Shown: piece by piece, positions 59,871 to 64,000 of the stretch
Layout: the number at the start of each line of letters is the position of its first letter
Position numbering within the stretch: position 1 is the stretch's first letter
NCBI GenBank assembly: GCA_963713975.1
Contig: OY970218.1
Span: 1,312,001-1,376,000 of the forward strand
Source of the DNA: an uncultured Chloroflexia bacterium
GTDB taxonomy: Bacteria > Chloroflexota > Limnocylindria > Limnocylindrales > CSP1-4
Direction of reading: 5' to 3'
Length of the DNA: 64,000 bases
The notes under the pieces: model-generated
Databases searched by the model: none
What the model was told of the DNA's origin: nothing
The model's input: the letters and a program-made list of their open reading frames with translations, nothing else
Made by a program: the position numbers and the translations under genes

Positions 59871-60938
59871 ATGAAGCTCGCCGAGGCTCTCGCCAGGCTC
59901 CTGCCCGTGTTCGCCGTCCTCGTCTTCGCCCTGGGTGTTGGGGTGACGCTCTTGGTGGCCGGCGACACGCTGGGCTACGACTTCCTTGCCTATCACGCGG
60001 CCGCGTCGCGGGTGCTCGACGGCCAGCCTGGCTACGACACCTCGTTCGAGGCCGCCGGCGGCTTCGGGCTGTTCTACTACCCGCCCACGTTCATCCCGCT
60101 TGTGCTCGTCTTCGGGCTGCTCCCGGCTGACGTGTCGACGTGGGCCTGGACGGCGGGCCTGCTCGTGGCCTTCGCGACTGGTGCAGCCGTCATGCCCGTG
60201 GCGAGGCCTGTCAGATGGTGGGTCGTCCTGCTCGCGGGCCTGTCCTGGCCCTTCCTGTACGCGATCAAGCTGGGCCAGGTGGGGCCCCTGCTGTTCATGC
60301 TGATGGCTATTGGCTGGAGGTGGATGGACCGCCCGTCCGTCGTCGGCGCCACTGGTGCCCTCGGCGCCGCCATCAAGATCCAGCCGGGCCTGATCCTGCT
60401 CTGGGCGCTGCTCACGCGGCGCTGGGCTGCCGTGGCGCTCGGAGCGGTTGTGCTGGGTGCGCTGGCGCTGCTCGCCACAGCTGCGGCGGGACTCGCCGCC
60501 TGGACGGACTTCCTCGAGCTGATCACCAGGGTCACGGATCCCATCACCACCGAGCACAACTTCACGCCCGGCGCGGTCGCCTACCAGCTAGGGCTGTCGC
60601 GAGATGCGGCCGCGCTCTTCCAGTGGGTCTTGCTGGCCGTCGCCCTGATCGTGATGATCGTCGCGGCGCTCGGGCTGCCCGCAGCACCCTCGTACATGGT
60701 GGCCGTGATCGCGAGCCAGCTGCTGTCGCCGATCCTGTGGGACCACTACGCGCTGCTGCTGCTGCTGCCCGTTGCGTGGCTGCTCGACCAGGGCAAGTGG
60801 TGGGCCGTGATCCTCGTCCTGGCGACCCCCGTGTTCCTGGTCGGCGCTCTTCCGGCCGTTGTCTACCCGATGGTCTTTTGGGCCTGCCTGGTCGCGGTGC
60901 TGTGGGTTGGCCTCCGCTCGAGACCGTCCACCCCGTAG
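59871..60938 (+). CDS. GT87/DUF2029 membrane glycosyltransferase
   Basis: YDFLAY, FYYPP, LGQ, IKIQP, SPILWDHY. Confidence 0.8.
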   Translation: MKLAEALARLLPVFAVLVFALGVGVTLLVAGDTLGYDFLAYHAAASRVLDGQPGYDTSFEAAGGFGLFYYPPTFIPLVLVFGLLPADVSTWAWTAGLLVAFATGAAVMPVARPVRWWVVLLAGLSWPFLYAIKLGQVGPLLFMLMAIGWRWMDRPSVVGATGALGAAIKIQPGLILLWALLTRRWAAVALGAVVLGALALLATAAAGLAAWTDFLELITRVTDPITTEHNFTPGAVAYQLGLSRDAAALFQWVLLAVALIVMIVAALGLPAAPSYMVAVIASQLLSPILWDHYALLLLLPVAWLLDQGKWWAVILVLATPVFLVGALPAVVYPMVFWACLVAVLWVGLRSRPSTP

Positions 60939-60975
60939 CCCACGGTCGACGGGGTTCCCGGCGATACTCGGCTCG

Positions 60976-62232
60976 ATGCAGAACACGGCTATGCGCGGTC
61001 GGCTCGGCGGCCATGACCGCTCTCCCACCTCGGTGACGCTCGCCGGCCTCGTCGTGGCGGCGGTCGCCTTCGCCGTATACCTGCTGGCAAGCCGCAACTT
61101 CGATGCCGGCCGGGGCGACTTCTTCTACCTGGCGGACGCGTTCCTCCACGGCCGCACGTGGATCGCCCCGGCGATGGGGCCGAACGACATCATCCGCATC
61201 GACGGCCACACATACGTCCCGTTTGCGCCATTCCCGGCCTTCGTGCTCGCGCCGTTGGTGGCGATCGTGGGCCCGGTCACGGCCGACACCTGGCAGCCCG
61301 TGGTGAACTCGCTGCTGGCGGCCATGGCGGTGTTCCTGGCTTGGTGGGCGGCGGGCCGGATCGGCGTGGAACGGATGCACGACCGGCTGGGTCTCGTGCT
61401 GCTGCTGGGTTTCGGAACCCAGGTCTGGTGGGTGACCACCCGTGGCGGCGTATGGCACACCGGGCATCTGGTGGCCGTCATCCTGGTGCTGCTGCTGATC
61501 GGCGAGCTGTTCGGGAGGCAGCGGGCGCTCCTTATGGGGCTGCTCGTGGGGGCGGCGTTCCTGACCCGGGCGCCGCTGGCGTTCGCGGGGCCGGTCGTGG
61601 CTCTGTGGGTGGTCCGCTCATGGGCGGAGGTGCTGGGGGCCGGTCGGAGCCTGGGCGAGCGCGTTCGAGCGCTCCCGTGGGCCGACTGGCTGTGGCTGCT
61701 CCTGGGATTCGCGCCGGCTCTCGTGTTCTTCTTCTGGTACAACCTCGAGCGCTTCGGCTCCGCGATGGAGTCCGGCTACGCGCTCGCAACCCTGCCAGAG
61801 TGGCTGGAGCTCCAGCGCCAGCAGGGGCTGTTCTCCCTCGCCCACGTGCCCATGAACCTGGACTACCTGCTCCTCAAGCTACCGGCGCTCACGTCCACGT
61901 TCCCGTACCTGAAGCCGGACGGGCTGGGCATGTCCGTGCTGGTCACGAGCCCGGGGCTGTTGCTGGCCCTCCTCGCGCCACGGCGCGACCGCCGCACCTG
62001 GCTCCTGCTCCTGGCCACCGTGCTGGTGCTCATCCCCACCCTGCTCTACTACGGTGGCGGCTGGCTCCAGTTCGGCTACCGCTACTTCCTGGACTCGATC
62101 CCGTTCGTGTGGGCGCTCGCGGCGATGGGTGTCGCGAAGCGTGGAGGCGTGCCGTGGTGGGGCTGGGCCCTGATCGGCTGGAGCATCCTGATGGGGGCCG
62201 AGAGCGTGTACTGGGCGTACAACCTGCACTGA
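60976..62232 (+). CDS. GT-C-like polytopic membrane protein
   Basis: LADAFLHG, YVPFAPFP, LTR, YNLERFGS, QFGYRYFLD. Confidence 0.65.
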   Translation: MQNTAMRGRLGGHDRSPTSVTLAGLVVAAVAFAVYLLASRNFDAGRGDFFYLADAFLHGRTWIAPAMGPNDIIRIDGHTYVPFAPFPAFVLAPLVAIVGPVTADTWQPVVNSLLAAMAVFLAWWAAGRIGVERMHDRLGLVLLLGFGTQVWWVTTRGGVWHTGHLVAVILVLLLIGELFGRQRALLMGLLVGAAFLTRAPLAFAGPVVALWVVRSWAEVLGAGRSLGERVRALPWADWLWLLLGFAPALVFFFWYNLERFGSAMESGYALATLPEWLELQRQQGLFSLAHVPMNLDYLLLKLPALTSTFPYLKPDGLGMSVLVTSPGLLLALLAPRRDRRTWLLLLATVLVLIPTLLYYGGGWLQFGYRYFLDSIPFVWALAAMGVAKRGGVPWWGWALIGWSILMGAESVYWAYNLH

Positions 62233-62324
62233 ATGGCGGGCCCAGCAGGACCATTGGGCTGTTTGACGGCCCCGGTGTCGCGGCGCACCATTCGCCCGCC
62301 AGTCGCATTCGTGGGGAGAGGTGC

Positions 62325-62519
62325 ATGCACCCGGTTCTTGCCTATATCGATCCCGTATCCGGGAGTCTGCTGATCCAGGGCCTGATCGCGGCCCTTGTCG
62401 CCGCCCCCTTCGTATTCCGCCAGCAGATCCGCCGCTTCGTGCGGCGGATGCGGGGCCAGGAGCAGGTCGCGCCTGCGTCGGAGCCCGTGTCGACGACTGA
62501 TCCCGATTCGGCGGGGTGA
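62325..62519 (+). CDS. Small membrane protein with an AYIDP motif
   Basis: MHPVLAYIDPVSGSLLIQGLIAAL...; GGAGAG RBS; GTGA overlap with the next gene. Confidence 0.75.
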   Translation: MHPVLAYIDPVSGSLLIQGLIAALVAAPFVFRQQIRRFVRRMRGQEQVAPASEPVSTTDPDSAG

Positions 62520-63913
62520 TCACCCACCGCTCTGCAGTTGATCCGGGATCCTGGCGGGATCCATTCGGCTTCGTGTATCGGCGCGACGGCGTCCTGCTGC
62601 GGCAGGTCAATCTCGTCGCTGCGGAGGAATGGCGGGCCGTCACGGAAGCCGGGCTGCTGAACCGCCTCCAGGCAGCCGGTCTCCTGGTGGGACACGATGC
62701 GGCTCCCCTCGACTGGGCTGCCGATCCCTCCATCGCGCACGCCGTCATCCAGCCCGAGGTCGTGCCATTCATCTCGTATCCGTACGAGTGGACCTTCGGG
62801 CAGCTGCAGGCCGCCGCGCTCCTGACGCTGCGCATCCAGGAGGAGGCCACGCGCGCGGGGTTCGAGCTCCGGGATGCCAGCGCCTACAACGTTCAGTTCC
62901 ACGCGGGCCGACCCATCTTCATCGATACGCTCTCATTCCGCCGGGCCCGGCCGGGAGCGCCCTGGGTCGCCTACCGGCAGTTCTGCGAGCACTTCCTCGC
63001 GCCGCTGGCCCTCATGGCCCGCCGGGACATCCGTCTGGGCGCCCTGCAGCGGGAACATGTCGACGGGATCCCGCTCGACCTCGCCGCGGCGATGCTGCCG
63101 TCCCGGACCCGCCTGTCCCTTGGCCTGGGCAGCCATGTGCATCTGCACGCAAGGGCGCAGCGTCAGCACGCGGACCGGCCCGAGAGCGCCGCGCGTGCGC
63201 AGGAGCGCCAGATCGGGCCCACGCAGCGGGCGGCGCTGCTCGACAGCCTCCGCCGGCTTGTCGATGGGCTGGCATGGAAGCCGGCTGGCACCGAGTGGGC
63301 CGACTATGGAAGCACCGCGTCCTCCTACGACGATGAGAGCGCCCGCAAGAAGGACGACCTGGTTGCGGAGATGATCGCCGGGGCGGCCCCGTCGGTGGTC
63401 TGGGACCTTGGCGCGAACGCGGGACGCTACTCCGCCATCGCGGCGGGTGTCGCGGGGCGGGTGCTGGCTCTCGACATCGACCCGGCCGCGAGCGAGAAGC
63501 ACTGGCGGGATCTCCAGGCACGCAACGAGTCCCGGATCCTCCCCCTCCTCCAGGATCTCGCCGATCCGAGTCCAGCGATCGGTTGGGACCTTCGGGAGCG
63601 CCGCTCGCTGTTCGACCGGGCCGAGGACGCGACGCTCATGGCGCTGGCGCTCGTCCACCACCTGGCCATCGGTCGGAACGTGCCGCTTCCGATGCTGTCG
63701 GCCACACTGGCCAGGCTTGGCCGGGATCTGGTCATCGAGTGGGTCCCGAAGGAGGACCCGATGGTCCAGCGCCTGCTGGCCTCTCGGGAAGACGTGTTCT
63801 CCGACTACACACAGGATGGCTTCGAAGCCGCGTTCGCGAGCGACTGGGTGACTCTCGACTGGCAGGCAGTGGCTGGAACGGCCCGGCTGCTGTACCGGAT
63901 GCGCCGCGCCTGA
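62516..63913 (+). CDS. NoeA-like SAM-dependent methyltransferase (kinase-like N-terminus plus class I MTase)
   Basis: SWRDP, FISYPYEW, LRDASAYNVQF, FIDTLSF, WADY, DLGANAG, LALVHH. Confidence 0.82.
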   Translation: MITHRSAVDPGSWRDPFGFVYRRDGVLLRQVNLVAAEEWRAVTEAGLLNRLQAAGLLVGHDAAPLDWAADPSIAHAVIQPEVVPFISYPYEWTFGQLQAAALLTLRIQEEATRAGFELRDASAYNVQFHAGRPIFIDTLSFRRARPGAPWVAYRQFCEHFLAPLALMARRDIRLGALQREHVDGIPLDLAAAMLPSRTRLSLGLGSHVHLHARAQRQHADRPESAARAQERQIGPTQRAALLDSLRRLVDGLAWKPAGTEWADYGSTASSYDDESARKKDDLVAEMIAGAAPSVVWDLGANAGRYSAIAAGVAGRVLALDIDPAASEKHWRDLQARNESRILPLLQDLADPSPAIGWDLRERRSLFDRAEDATLMALALVHHLAIGRNVPLPMLSATLARLGRDLVIEWVPKEDPMVQRLLASREDVFSDYTQDGFEAAFASDWVTLDWQAVAGTARLLYRMRRA

Positions 63914-63916
63914 CGC

Positions 63917-64000
63917 ATGGACCGCACAGGCCAAGAAGCTGTCCCGCTTTCCAACCCGGAGGGGATGGATCTGCCAGCCTTCTACCCGACGTTGATTGCC
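63917..64000 (+). CDS. Partial CDS running off the window (start at 63917 or 63965)
   Basis: Frame open to the window end; GGAGGGG before ATG 63965. Confidence 0.5.
   Translation, partial: MDRTGQEAVPLSNPEGMDLPAFYPTLIA

Overview
A very GC-rich (about 70% by eye) bacterial chromosomal segment, probably from a monoderm Chloroflexota such as a Limnocylindria-like lineage. This assignment is an inference from the Firmicute-like gene order prfA-prmC-tsaC-glyA-wecA-atp-murA-mreB, DegS/DegU-like genes near comF-hpf, a Tad locus without a secretin, and many apparently leaderless genes. Contents in order: ltaE; tRNA-Asp; CapA; a PIG-L deacetylase; TlpA/CcdA; a copper nitrite reductase module (nirK with a C-terminal cupredoxin, SCO fusion, His-containing membrane protein, Rrf2); translation genes; the complete F1Fo ATP synthase operon; murA (Cys-to-Asp variant); mreB; nfo; an inserted 1041-aa surface protein; hpf and comF; a Tad/Flp pilus locus with four pilin genes; a DegS-DegU-pseudokinase trio; and a GT-C/GT2/NoeA-like glycosylation cluster. 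The most unusual observations are: (1) a 306-bp rod-like palindromic insert between atpD and atpC, flanked by a 6-bp direct repeat and carrying an ORF that overlaps both neighbours; (2) a diverged duplication of a two-gene junction around the surface-protein gene; (3) a DegU-like regulator with a c-di-GMP-binding-like Arg motif, a probable dead kinase paralogue, and a candidate operator next to several -35 boxes. Single-base frameshifts in prfA and atpG are probably sequencing errors. No CRISPR array, rRNA, integrase or transposase was seen.
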